Numbered from the stretch's first letter, positions 10,220-19,845 are shown. The stretch: DNA of 32,629 nt from Bacteroidales bacterium (GCA_029932445.1 JAOZQB010000003.1:1-32629); one strand, 5' to 3'. The notes: generated from the sequence alone by a model not told the origin. Numbers and translations are program-made.

Positions 10220-10694
10220 AATGTTTTATAAAATATTTTAATTCATTTTGTTTAATACCGATATTTTGTATTTGCATTTTTCGAAATGAAATATGATATT
10301 GTTCTGAAAAACTGATTAATTTGTCCAAATGCCGATATGCTTTATCCACATGTTTGTCATAAATTAAAAAAGTTTCAATTGATTTATTTGAGGATTTTTC
10401 ATGAATCATATATCTTGATCTTCTTGATAAATTTGAAAGAGCCATGTATGCAACATAAACATCTTCTTCGATTTTAGCTAAAGATAAAACGTTGTACGGA
10501 TTAATTGCCTGTTCAACTTCAACGTGTGTTCTGTAATGATTACCGGTTTTTTCAATAATATAAGCATTTAAAATATGCAGTGCCGTATAAAAGGATACTG
10601 TAATTTTCCAATCATTATATTCGGAATCTTTAATTAAATTTAAAAAGCTGAAATTTTTTTCAGCTTTTTTTAAATGAGAATTTTTATCAGGCAT
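10218..10694 (-). CDS. HEPN-domain-like protein (putative RNase toxin)
   Basis: HLKKAEKN..F, DWKITVSFYTALH, YRTH and LSRRSRYMIH (Rx5-6H-like). The 158-aa length and helical pattern are typical of stand-alone HEPN proteins. Confidence 0.65.
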   Translation of the reverse strand: MPDKNSHLKKAEKNFSFLNLIKDSEYNDWKITVSFYTALHILNAYIIEKTGNHYRTHVEVEQAINPYNVLSLAKIEEDVYVAYMALSNLSRRSRYMIHEKSSNKSIETFLIYDKHVDKAYRHLDKLISFSEQYHISFRKMQIQNIGIKQNELKYFIKH

Positions 10695-10696
10695 AT

Positions 10697-11170
10697 TTAT
10701 TTTAAAATTTGATAATGTTCAGGAATTCGCAAATTGTCAGATTCTTCCATTATAGAATTAGAAATACTAAAACCAAGCTCATAAAAATTTGTGTTTATTT
10801 TTGCAGATGTCAAATATATTTTTGCTTCGGTATCAAAATCATTATCTTCAATAACAAACCAAGTTAATAAACCGCTGTTGTTATAATCTATTGCTAATTT
10901 TTTATATTTAATTTGTTTATCATTCAATTCTTTAATATACTCAACAATCATTTTTTTAATAATAACACTTTTAACTGTGTCTTGACTAAGTATTAAAAGA
11001 TCATTCCCGCCGCCTTTAATCATTGTGTCGTAATACTTATTAAAGTTTTTATCTCCGAAACCTTCAGTGTCATAAATTAGCTTATGGCTGTGAATTGTCG
11101 CAATCAAATCTTCAAACCAAATATCAGATTTTGCTTGATCTGTTACTTTATTTTCAGCAATTTTTTGCAT
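10697..11170 (-). CDS. Hypothetical protein, putative partner/antitoxin of the HEPN protein
   Basis: 157-aa ORF ending 2 bp before the HEPN start and sitting directly downstream of a consensus promoter. No catalytic motif recognised. Confidence 0.6.
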   Translation of the reverse strand: MQKIAENKVTDQAKSDIWFEDLIATIHSHKLIYDTEGFGDKNFNKYYDTMIKGGGNDLLILSQDTVKSVIIKKMIVEYIKELNDKQIKYKKLAIDYNNSGLLTWFVIEDNDFDTEAKIYLTSAKINTNFYELGFSISNSIMEESDNLRIPEHYQILK

Positions 11171-11224
11171 TATTCTTATTTTTTTAGTTGGAAGTAATTA
11201 ACGTTTATAACTTTAATTATATTG

Positions 11225-11255
11225 CAAACATACAATAATTTTTAAAACACACAAA
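11225..11255 (-). promoter_or_regulatory. Canonical Bacteroidota sigma-A promoter for the two-gene HEPN cassette
   Basis: Minus strand reads TTTG (11255-11252), a 19-nt spacer, then TATGTTTG (11232-11225). This is an exact -33/-7 consensus about 55 bp upstream of the ATG at 11170. Confidence 0.75.
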
Positions 11256-11428
11256 AATGTTAACAAACATTTGCGAGCTTCAGAACTTGAGGGCGTTTTT
11301 TGTTAACAAGCGTATTCTCAGGTTCTGGAATTTTTTATTCTACTCTTTTTTTATTGTATAAATTGTTCCTATTCAACTTGTTTATTTATAGTTTCCGTAT
11401 TACCGGAGTTGTTTCGTATATAAAAGAA

Positions 11429-14329
11429 TTAAACCAAAGCATCATACAAGACTTCAATCGGATGCAAAGCATCTCTGTTTGTTCCGTCTTTTATTTGATG
11501 GCGGCAACTGGTCCCGGGAGCGGCAATCGTAATATCTTCCGGTGTTTTTCTTATTGCCGGAAACAAAACCGTTTCTCCGATTTTCATCGATAATTCATAA
11601 TGCTCTTTTTCATACCCGAAACTGCCTGCCATTCCGCAGCACCCTGACGGAATTTCTTCTACCGTATAGTTTTCGGGAAACGATAAAATATATTTTGTGG
11701 GGTCGGTGCTTGCAATAGCTTTTTGCTGACAATGACCGTGAAGTTTTATATGTTTTGTATTTTTTGAAAATTCTTCTTTAGTAATTTTTCCGTTTTTCAT
11801 TTCTTTTGCCAGAAATTCTTCTGCCGTAAGTGCATTTATTGCAATCTTTTCAGCTGTTTCTTTCATCTTTTTATCTTTGAAAAAATCAGGATATTCGTCT
11901 CGAAAACTCAAAATCGTTGAAGGTTCTATTCCGATAAGCGGTGTTTCTTCCGTAATAATATCTTTTAAAATACGAATATTTTTTTCGGCAATTTGTTTTG
12001 CTTTTCTTATCAATCCTTTTGAAATATAGGTTCTGCCGCTTTCCGAAATATTCGGAATAACAACTTGATAGCCCAGGTTTTCAAACAACTTAATTGCAAT
12101 AATCCCAATTTCGGCATCATTGTAATTTGTAAATTCATCTGCAAACAAATAAATCTTTTTGCCTTTACCGTTTCTTGGATTTTTATATTGTTTTTTTAAT
12201 GTCTTTTTTGAAAGTTCGGGCATTTTCCTTTTTGTCGAGAATCCGATTAATTTCATTACGGGAACAGAAAAAATCTTACTTTTAAGGAAAACATTACTTA
12301 TTGACGGAGCTATTGAAAGGATTTTGTTAATATTAGTAATATTTGCTACCAATCGACTTCTTAACGGAATACCGTTTTTATCATAATATTTTTGTAAAAA
12401 TTCTGCTTTTAATTTTGCCACATCAACGTTTGCTTGACATTCTGTCTTGCACGCTTTACAAGAAAGGCAAAGATCAAGAATGTTGTACAAATCTTTATTA
12501 TTAAAAGGGTCTGTATCATTTGTGATAATTTCTCTCAACATATTTGCTCTGGCGCGTGTTGATTGATCTTCATTGCCTGAAGCTTTGTATGACGGGCACA
12601 TGGTTCCCCCTACTGCAAGCGTTCTTACACAATCACCCGCCCCGTTGCATTTTTCCGCAGCTCTTAAATACCCTTCGGTATCCGTGAAATCGAAAATGGT
12701 ATCAAAAGTTTTTGTTTCTTGTCCCGGTTCGTATCGCAAAAATTCATTCATGGGAGGCGTGTCGGTTATTTTACCTGGATTAAATATATTATGTTCATCC
12801 CAAGTTTTCTTAACGTATTTAAAAAGATTGTAAATTTTTTCACCGTACATTAAAGGAATAAATTCGCCTCTTAATCTGCCGTCACCGTGTTCGCCGCTTA
12901 AAGAACCCTTGTATTTTTTTACCAATTTTGCAGTTTCACGGGCAACTGTTCTGAAAAGTTCAACATCCTTTTTGTCTTTCAAATTCAAAACCGGTCTTAA
13001 ATGCAACTCTCCTGAACCTATGTGAGCATGATAAACGCATTCCAGATTATGTGAGCTGAGAATTTTTTGGAATTCTTCAATATATTCGGGAAGTTTGTTA
13101 ACCCTAACAGCAGTATCTTCCGTTAAACTAACCGATTTGGCATCGCCTTTCATATTTGCCAAAACACCCAATCCGGCTTTTCTCAAATCCCAAACTTTGT
13201 TTATGTCGTCATCCCAAATTACAGGAAAATGATAACCGTATCCGGCTTTGCGCATTTCTTTTTCCATGTTTTCGGCAATCTTATTGATTTCTTCTTTGCT
13301 TTCACGTGCAAATTCAATAATCAGAATTGAAGCAGGATTACCTTTCAGGAAAAAACGATTTTCATCAAGGGCTTTATTTTTTGCAGCCAATTCCAGAATC
13401 GTATTATCCATTAACTCTACCGCACCGGGTTTGTATTTCAGAGCAATTAAATTGGCATAAAAAGCATCATTAATTTTTTCGAAATGTGCACCTATAACAG
13501 CTACGTTTTTAGGCGGTAAATCAATGAGTTTCAGGGTAATCTCAGTTGTAAATGCCAACGTTCCTTCGGAGCCGGTCAATAATTTACAAAAATTGAACTT
13601 TTTATTTTTTTCCGAGAATATTTCTGTATTAAGAAGTAAATCAAGTGCATAACCCGTATTTCTGCGCGGAATTTCTTTATCGGGATATTCGTTTTCAATT
13701 TCTTCTTGTACTGCCTTATCCGATAAAATATCATTAATTTGATTATAAATTTTCCCTTCGAGATTTTGAAGTTTTAACTTTTCTCGAAACTCTTCTTTTG
13801 AAATTTCTCCGAAAGTAACTTCTGAAGTATCGCTCAAAATTGTTTTTATTGAATGCGTGTAATCTCGTGTACTTCCGTATATAATTGAGTGTAAACCGCA
13901 TGCATTATTACCTGCCATTCCGCCCATTGTACAACGATTTGCCGTTGATGTTTCGGGTCCGAAAAATATACCGTGAGGTTCCAAAAATAAATTTAAATCG
14001 GTAAGAATAACGCCGGGTTGTACCGTTACCAGCTTTTTCTCAACATCAAGATTCAGGATTTTGTTCATATATTTTGAAACATCAACGACAATCCCTTTTC
14101 CCGTAACTTGTCCGGCAAGTGAAGTTCCTGCACCTCTCGGTATAAGCGAAGTATTATTTTCTTTTGCAAAAGTGATTAACTTTTTGATATCCTCTGAATC
14201 TTTCGGAAAAGCAACTGCCACCGGTTTTTCTTTGTATGCTGATGCATCTGTAGAATAGATTATTCGATAAGTTTCATCAAAAAATAATTCGCCTTTAAGT
14301 TGTTCTTTTAGTGCAGATAATTGTGTCAT
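11429..14329 (-). CDS. FAD-linked oxidase / 4Fe-4S / CCG fusion (YdiJ or GlcD-GlcF-like D-2-hydroxyacid dehydrogenase)
   Basis: RGAGTSLAGQ, GSEGTLA, HAHIGSGELHLRP and SGEHGDG (FAD oxidase). CNGAGDC..CP and CLSCKACKTEC (Fe-S). HGHCQQ and GCCG (CCG domain). Confidence 0.88.
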   Translation of the reverse strand: MTQLSALKEQLKGELFFDETYRIIYSTDASAYKEKPVAVAFPKDSEDIKKLITFAKENNTSLIPRGAGTSLAGQVTGKGIVVDVSKYMNKILNLDVEKKLVTVQPGVILTDLNLFLEPHGIFFGPETSTANRCTMGGMAGNNACGLHSIIYGSTRDYTHSIKTILSDTSEVTFGEISKEEFREKLKLQNLEGKIYNQINDILSDKAVQEEIENEYPDKEIPRRNTGYALDLLLNTEIFSEKNKKFNFCKLLTGSEGTLAFTTEITLKLIDLPPKNVAVIGAHFEKINDAFYANLIALKYKPGAVELMDNTILELAAKNKALDENRFFLKGNPASILIIEFARESKEEINKIAENMEKEMRKAGYGYHFPVIWDDDINKVWDLRKAGLGVLANMKGDAKSVSLTEDTAVRVNKLPEYIEEFQKILSSHNLECVYHAHIGSGELHLRPVLNLKDKKDVELFRTVARETAKLVKKYKGSLSGEHGDGRLRGEFIPLMYGEKIYNLFKYVKKTWDEHNIFNPGKITDTPPMNEFLRYEPGQETKTFDTIFDFTDTEGYLRAAEKCNGAGDCVRTLAVGGTMCPSYKASGNEDQSTRARANMLREIITNDTDPFNNKDLYNILDLCLSCKACKTECQANVDVAKLKAEFLQKYYDKNGIPLRSRLVANITNINKILSIAPSISNVFLKSKIFSVPVMKLIGFSTKRKMPELSKKTLKKQYKNPRNGKGKKIYLFADEFTNYNDAEIGIIAIKLFENLGYQVVIPNISESGRTYISKGLIRKAKQIAEKNIRILKDIITEETPLIGIEPSTILSFRDEYPDFFKDKKMKETAEKIAINALTAEEFLAKEMKNGKITKEEFSKNTKHIKLHGHCQQKAIASTDPTKYILSFPENYTVEEIPSGCCGMAGSFGYEKEHYELSMKIGETVLFPAIRKTPEDITIAAPGTSCRHQIKDGTNRDALHPIEVLYDALV

Positions 14330-14384
14330 TACTTATTTGTTTGAATCGGATAAAGATAAAAGGTCTCTTATGTTTTTGAATAAA

Positions 14385-16013
14385 TCAATTCTTAACGGTA
14401 ATATTTACGGCTTTTCCTTCATTATGCAATCGGTCAACAGCCGTAACAGCAAAAGTATATTTTTTTCGGAATAATAATCGTCCTTTCGGAAGCTGAATCG
14501 TATTATTTCTTATGATTTTGAATATATTTTCAGGGTTTTCTAATGAACCGATTTGTTCTCCTTTGAATTTATAAACAACATAGTATGCAGCTGTATCAAT
14601 TGCTGTTTTTTCTTTTGAATAGGGTTGTGACCAAGTAAGATACTTTTTTCGTTTATTCTTTATTAAAATCAAATTTTCCGGTTTCCCGGGAGGTATTGTA
14701 TCTAAATAATCCATTGACGGAATTAATGCCGGGTATTTGAAAATGTCATTTTTTAAAGAGTCAATTACTCCGTTTGGATTTGTAAGGAAAAATTTTGCAC
14801 TGAAATAAATGCACCCTTTTATTTCAGGAAATTGTCTGTTAAGACGGTTTTGATTCGGGATTTCAGAAGGATTTTTCCATGCTTTATTGCTGTTAATTCT
14901 ATACAAACCTTGCCCGATATAAACTTGTTTTCCGTATGAATTATTTGCCCACCACTTTGCAAGAACATCGTATGCTGCTACTTTTTTTCCGATTTCCCAA
15001 TATAATTGCGGAGCAACATAATCAATCCAACCATTTTTTAACCATTTCAGTATATCGGCATATAGTCCGTCGTAATTTGTATAACCGTTGGTTGCAGAGC
15101 CGCGCGGATCTTCTTTTTTATTTCTCCATATTCCGAAGGGACTAATTCCGAATTTTACATAGGGTTTTGTGTGTTTTATGCTGTCACTCAGCATTTTAAT
15201 GATTAAGTCGACATTGTTGCGTCGCCAATCGCCTTTATCTGTAAAAAGTTTTGTTGTATCAGGAATTGTTTCCGTAATTAAATTAGAATCGGAATCCAAA
15301 ACATTAATCGTGATTAAACTGTCCGGAAATTTTTTGTTATATGTCACGAAATCTGCACTATCCGGAAAATCAATAACTTTTCCGGTATCGTATCTTCTTT
15401 TATAAGGATAAAAATAATCGTCAAAATGTACGGCATCAATATCATAACGGGTAACAACGTCTTGAATAATTTTCGTAACATAAGTTCTGACTTCCGGTAA
15501 TGCGGGGTTAAAAAATTTATGCGGTCCGTATGTAAAAAACCACTCGGGCTTTGTATTTGTGATATGATTTCTGTCAACTTGAGCTGTTTGGTATTTAAAA
15601 ACAGCTCTGTAGGGATTGAACCAAGCATGAAATTCCATATTTCGTTTATGGGCTTCTTTAATCATAAATTCCAAAGGGTCATAGTAGGGTTTGGGTGCTT
15701 TGCCTTGGGTTCCGGTCAGCCATTGCGACCATGGTTCATATTTTGAATAATAAAAAGCATCTGCTGCAGGACGTACTTGTACAATAACAGCATTTATCCC
15801 GGCCGATTGCATTACATTTAATAATTTAATAAACTCTTGTTTTTGTTGTTCCGTTGTTAAATTTGATTGAGAAGGCCAATCGATATTTGCAACAGTTGCA
15901 ATCCATGCAGCTCTCAGTTCATATTTCGGAGGAATATTTTTTTGACCAAAAGTATTGACGGCAAAAGACAATACAAACAGAAAGATTAAACTTTTATTAA
16001 ATAGAGTTTTCAT
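14385..16013 (-). CDS. GHL10 (glycosyl hydrolase-like 10; YddW/DigH-like) with signal peptide and C-terminal FN3-like domain
   Basis: ELRAAWIATVANIDWPS, QVRPAADAFY, HAWFNPYR, HFDDYFYPY, FGISPFGIW, IDYVAPQLYW and C-terminal YTFAVTAVDRLHNE. Hydrophobic N-terminus ending TFG-Q. Confidence 0.9.
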   Translation of the reverse strand: MKTLFNKSLIFLFVLSFAVNTFGQKNIPPKYELRAAWIATVANIDWPSQSNLTTEQQKQEFIKLLNVMQSAGINAVIVQVRPAADAFYYSKYEPWSQWLTGTQGKAPKPYYDPLEFMIKEAHKRNMEFHAWFNPYRAVFKYQTAQVDRNHITNTKPEWFFTYGPHKFFNPALPEVRTYVTKIIQDVVTRYDIDAVHFDDYFYPYKRRYDTGKVIDFPDSADFVTYNKKFPDSLITINVLDSDSNLITETIPDTTKLFTDKGDWRRNNVDLIIKMLSDSIKHTKPYVKFGISPFGIWRNKKEDPRGSATNGYTNYDGLYADILKWLKNGWIDYVAPQLYWEIGKKVAAYDVLAKWWANNSYGKQVYIGQGLYRINSNKAWKNPSEIPNQNRLNRQFPEIKGCIYFSAKFFLTNPNGVIDSLKNDIFKYPALIPSMDYLDTIPPGKPENLILIKNKRKKYLTWSQPYSKEKTAIDTAAYYVVYKFKGEQIGSLENPENIFKIIRNNTIQLPKGRLLFRKKYTFAVTAVDRLHNEGKAVNITVKN

Positions 16014-16040
16014 ATTAAATCGTTAAAAAGTTAAGATACA

Positions 16041-16859
16041 TTAAGAATTATTTATTTCCTCGTTATAACTGTCTACGGCTTTGCGAACAGAACCATGCAA
16101 AAGCAGAAGTCTTTTTGCTGCATCTGCCTCAATGTTTAATTCTTCTGCAATCATTATTGTTCCGCGTTCAACAAGTTTTTGATTTGTTAATTCCATGTCA
16201 ACCATTTTATTACCCTTAACTCTTCCCAGTTTTATCATTAAGGAAGTTGTTATCATATTTAAAACAAGTTTTTGAGCAGTTCCGGCTTTCATTCTTGTAC
16301 TTCCGGTAACAAATTCAGGGCCTACCACCGGAACTATGGCAATTTCTGCAACTTTAGAAACAGCTTCATCCGGATTACAAGTGATTGCTGCCGTTAATAT
16401 GCCGTTTTTGCTTGCATGTTCCAAACCTCCAACAACATAGGGTGTTGTCCCTGATGCCGCTATTCCCACAACAGTATCATTTTCATTGATATTCAATTGT
16501 TTCAGTTCTTCCCAGGATTTATTATAATCATCTTCTGCCGATTCAACTGCTTTTCGTATTGCGGAATCTCCTCCGGCAATCAGACCTACAACAACGCCTT
16601 GCGGGATACCGAATGTAGGCGGTATTTCTGAAGCATCAATGATTCCGAGTCTTCCGCTGGTTCCGGCTCCGAGATAAAATAAACGACCGCCTTTTTTCAT
16701 TCTCGGAATCAGCTTTTCAACAAAACTTTCGATTTGCGGAATAACTTTTTTTACGGCTTCATGTATTTTTGCATCTTCTTTATTAATGTTTGTTAATATT
16801 TCATTAACACTCATTTTTTCAAGATTATTGTATTTTGATGATTGTTCTGTTATCTTCAT
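16041..16859 (-). CDS. murQ: N-acetylmuramic acid 6-phosphate etherase
   Basis: GAGTSGRLGIIDASEIPPTFG, GIAASGTTPYV, GPEFVTGSTRMKAGTAQKLVLNM and GNKMVD. Confidence 0.97.
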   Translation of the reverse strand: MKITEQSSKYNNLEKMSVNEILTNINKEDAKIHEAVKKVIPQIESFVEKLIPRMKKGGRLFYLGAGTSGRLGIIDASEIPPTFGIPQGVVVGLIAGGDSAIRKAVESAEDDYNKSWEELKQLNINENDTVVGIAASGTTPYVVGGLEHASKNGILTAAITCNPDEAVSKVAEIAIVPVVGPEFVTGSTRMKAGTAQKLVLNMITTSLMIKLGRVKGNKMVDMELTNQKLVERGTIMIAEELNIEADAAKRLLLLHGSVRKAVDSYNEEINNS

Positions 16860-16886
16860 TTTATGTTCTTATATTTCTTATGTGAT

Positions 16887-18080
16887 TTATTGTATTTTTT
16901 TCCAATTAAAATAAGCATCAATTCCTGCACCTATTGCCGGTGCTTCTCTTAATTCGGAACTTACAATAATTTTATCCGAATCGGCGTAATGCAATTTTGC
17001 TTTTTCATCTAAAAGATCCGATTTTTTAATCAGTTCATTTAATTTCTTAATTACGGGTTTTCTTATTTCCGTGTAACCGGATTGCGACTCAAAAAGATCT
17101 CCCAATCTTTGTCCTATTATGATACGGTCAAAAACGTATTTGAGATAAGGATGATCGGATGATAATTTCGGACGCGTCGGATTTACAAATTTAAAAGTAT
17201 TACGAGAACCGGCATATAAGCCGGTAATTCTTTCAAATAATAACAAACTGATATTTTCAACAGCTGATTGTATCATTTTTTTTGCATCGGGATTTCCTTT
17301 GGCTGATAATTCTGCAATTTGTATGGGATAGATTCCTTTTTCATTGAGTTCGGAAACTTTTTTTCCTGCAATTTCTGCATATATTGATTGTAATCCGCCA
17401 ACAGAAGTGAAACGTTCAAGAGAGCGTCCGTCGGTACTTTTCATTTCCCAAGTCTTTGCCAACCAGTCTTTTGTTTCATCAAAAGGCAGCAACTTTCCGT
17501 TGAGTTTTAATGCATCTGCGACTCCGGTTCCTCCTCCGAGATAGTATGCATTTTTAATATTTTTGAATTTGCCGTCTTCCGAATAATTTTCACCAATTCC
17601 GCAATAATCTGCATCGCTTCCTAAATGAGCAATGGGTGTAACAAAGGTGATACCTGTATCGGTGAGTCTTTTTTCTAATTTGTCGGCATAGTCAATCATA
17701 CGAGGTCCGTTGGCAATAACTGAAATTCCGCGCTTATCTTTGGTTTTTAAACCCGGCATTCCTAATCCTACAACAATCTGATTTACACCGGATTGTTTGA
17801 CAACAGATTCGATAACTCTTGCACAAGCTTCAATATAAGTTGCAGCTTGTTTGTTTTCTTCTTCGGTAGGTTTTATAGTGCCGTTATCACGTTCGGCAAG
17901 TTGAACGGAAATTTCTGTCGGTTTAAAATTTGAGATGAATCCTTCAATTTCATTGTAAGAGCAATCGGCAGAAAACTTTCCTAATGAAAAGCGTTCAGTT
18001 TTTTTATTAAGTGTTAAGTTCCGAGCACTTACTTTTGTAGCACCGCCATCTATTCCGAGTAATAATATATTATCTTTCAA
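16887..18080 (-). CDS. Divergent ROK/ASKHA-family sugar kinase (candidate MurNAc/GlcNAc kinase)
   Basis: LLLGIDGGATK, GLGMPG, SDADYCGIGE, LGGGTGV, SLERFTS and APAIGA. The start is more likely the TTG at 18080 (MKDNILLLGID) than 18119. Confidence 0.72.
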   Translation of the reverse strand: MKDNILLLGIDGGATKVSARNLTLNKKTERFSLGKFSADCSYNEIEGFISNFKPTEISVQLAERDNGTIKPTEEENKQAATYIEACARVIESVVKQSGVNQIVVGLGMPGLKTKDKRGISVIANGPRMIDYADKLEKRLTDTGITFVTPIAHLGSDADYCGIGENYSEDGKFKNIKNAYYLGGGTGVADALKLNGKLLPFDETKDWLAKTWEMKSTDGRSLERFTSVGGLQSIYAEIAGKKVSELNEKGIYPIQIAELSAKGNPDAKKMIQSAVENISLLLFERITGLYAGSRNTFKFVNPTRPKLSSDHPYLKYVFDRIIIGQRLGDLFESQSGYTEIRKPVIKKLNELIKKSDLLDEKAKLHYADSDKIIVSSELREAPAIGAGIDAYFNWKKIQ

Positions 18081-18099
18081 CGTATTATATTTATTTAAT

Positions 18100-18175
18100 T
18101 TCAACCATAAGGAACACAATATTTATCATAAAGTACACAAAGCTGATTTCTTCGTTTCCTTCGTAAGTAGTGTTA
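18100..18175. repeat. Degenerate CACAAAG-type intergenic repeat remnant
   Basis: AACCATAAGGAACACAAT...CATAAAGTACACAAAG...CTTCGTTTCCTTCGT resembles, from memory, the ACCACAAAGnnCACAAAG/CTTTGTG REP-like elements of Bacteroidota. Only one copy is in the window. Confidence 0.3.
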
Positions 18176-18193
18176 ATTTTATAGTTAAAGTAA

Positions 18194-19753
18194 TTATTTT
18201 TGATTTAGTTTAATTCTTCTTAAAATGGTTTCTTTTCTCAAAAAATCTTTGGCTTCATCATTGCGGTCAACTGTTGCTTGGTCAATGCTGTGATCTGTCC
18301 CTCCCGAATGACGTATGACTTCATAAATTGCATCCCAAACTCTTCCGATACGATGTTTTTCACTAATTTTTAATACCATGCCGTAATCTTCGCCATAATT
18401 TCTGGAATAGGGCTCTTGGTTTACGCTAAATCCGATATTACGTATCAGTTGAATCGGGATTGATCTGGGTGCACCGGCACCGCCGATTCGTAATAGGTTA
18501 TTACGTCCGTTTTCTTCTGTCCATTCATCATGTGTAACAACAGGAAGATCTTCCATTCTGTTTAATTCTCCCTTATCTTTCATTTCCCATACTTCATAAG
18601 ATCCGATAACCATGCCGATATTGGGGTCTTTTTCATAAACAGCCAAAATTTTTTCAACAGCATCCGGTTTCAGACGATCGTCAGAATCCAATTGTACATA
18701 GTATTCTCCTTTTGCATGCCATGCACCGATATTTAAACACAATCCGAGATTATTAATGTCGTAAACCAATAATTGAACGGCAGGTTTGTTTGAATTATAT
18801 TTATCTCCCCCGGGCAAATAGCGTTTTACAGCTTCCACAGTAGGATCATTTTCTCCGCCGTTAACAACAATTATGGCTTCCACATCCTGAACCGTTTGTG
18901 CTTGTATGCTGTCAATTGCCATACCGGTAAATTTAGGTCTGTTATTAACGGGTATGATAACAGATGCTTTCAGTGTGGTCTCTTTGGGTGCTGCAGGCCG
19001 AGATCCGTAATGTTCACCGGCTTCTAAATTAGCACCGATTCTTCTTAAATGTTTTTCAAGTACTTTTTCAGATTCTGATTGACTTTCTTTTGAAGCCAAA
19101 AGATAATCAAATACATTTTGTGATTTGCCTTTTGCTTTCACGGTATATAATGAACCGGCATAACGATTTGCAATATGTACTAACTTGTATTTTTCAGAAA
19201 CTTTAAGTCTAAGGTCATATATTGTATTATATTTTAAAGTTTCATCACAGTAACCGACTGATTCTAATGCTTTTCTGTTAAAAAAATATACTTTCCCGTA
19301 ATCCTGATTATCTCGTACCCTTCCGATATGATGCTTCAGAAGATGTATTTCTTTAATTTGATTATTTTCATTTATCTCATAATCTCCGTAAATAAGTCCG
19401 AAATCCTTTTCCTGATGTGCTGTCAGCAAGCAAAGATCAATCGTTGCTTGTTTCAAAACAATTTCTGCTTCTCTGTTATCAATATACATTAAATATTGAG
19501 AGTCAGTCACTTTAAATGCTTGGTTTAAGCTTTCGCCCAAAGTAGCTTGGTTATTTATAAAGTGAACAGCTAATTCAGAAGTGTTTTGCTCAGCTATTTT
19601 TGCAGACAAATCGGAATCTTCTCCGATAATTACTACTTCAATATTTTTACTTGTTTGCTTAAAAATACTTTTCACGGTACGGAGAAACCCGTCTTTGCCG
19701 TAAGGTGCTTCCTTCGGGAAATGCAAAATTATACTAACTTTTGCTTGTTTCAT
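18194..19753 (-). CDS. Glycosyltransferase family 2 protein with two GT-A domains (paralogue B)
   Basis: ASVIIPVNNR, YVQLDSDD (DxD), HDEWTEENGRNNLLRIGGAGAPRS and YGEDY. The N-terminal half is a degenerate GT-A (GRVRDNQDYG). Confidence 0.88.
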   Translation of the reverse strand: MKQAKVSIILHFPKEAPYGKDGFLRTVKSIFKQTSKNIEVVIIGEDSDLSAKIAEQNTSELAVHFINNQATLGESLNQAFKVTDSQYLMYIDNREAEIVLKQATIDLCLLTAHQEKDFGLIYGDYEINENNQIKEIHLLKHHIGRVRDNQDYGKVYFFNRKALESVGYCDETLKYNTIYDLRLKVSEKYKLVHIANRYAGSLYTVKAKGKSQNVFDYLLASKESQSESEKVLEKHLRRIGANLEAGEHYGSRPAAPKETTLKASVIIPVNNRPKFTGMAIDSIQAQTVQDVEAIIVVNGGENDPTVEAVKRYLPGGDKYNSNKPAVQLLVYDINNLGLCLNIGAWHAKGEYYVQLDSDDRLKPDAVEKILAVYEKDPNIGMVIGSYEVWEMKDKGELNRMEDLPVVTHDEWTEENGRNNLLRIGGAGAPRSIPIQLIRNIGFSVNQEPYSRNYGEDYGMVLKISEKHRIGRVWDAIYEVIRHSGGTDHSIDQATVDRNDEAKDFLRKETILRRIKLNQK

Positions 19754-19845
19754 TATTTTATTCTTTTTAGTTTTTGAATTTTTATATTAAATTGTTCCTG
19801 CTTTTCTTCATTAAAAATTAAAACAAAAATACCAGATATTACATA

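Noticed and set aside
1-11255. Defined mobile element boundaries for the defence block or HEPN cassette
   Set aside because: No integrase, transposase, tRNA, att site or target-site duplication could be identified by eye.
11300-11593. 97-aa plus-strand ORF with a hydrophobic N-terminus, considered as a small toxin
   Set aside because: It has a TTG start, more than half overlaps the dehydrogenase antisense, and its hydrophobicity reflects T-rich intergenic DNA.
14385-16013. Reading GHL10 as a GH10 xylanase and the locus as a xylan PUL
   Set aside because: The motifs are YddW/DigH-type rather than GH10, and no xylan or xylose genes are present.
18081-18119. N-terminal extension MCSLWLKL... 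of the kinase
   Set aside because: It runs through a degenerate intergenic repeat; the TTG at 18080 places the GIDGG motif at its usual N-terminal position.
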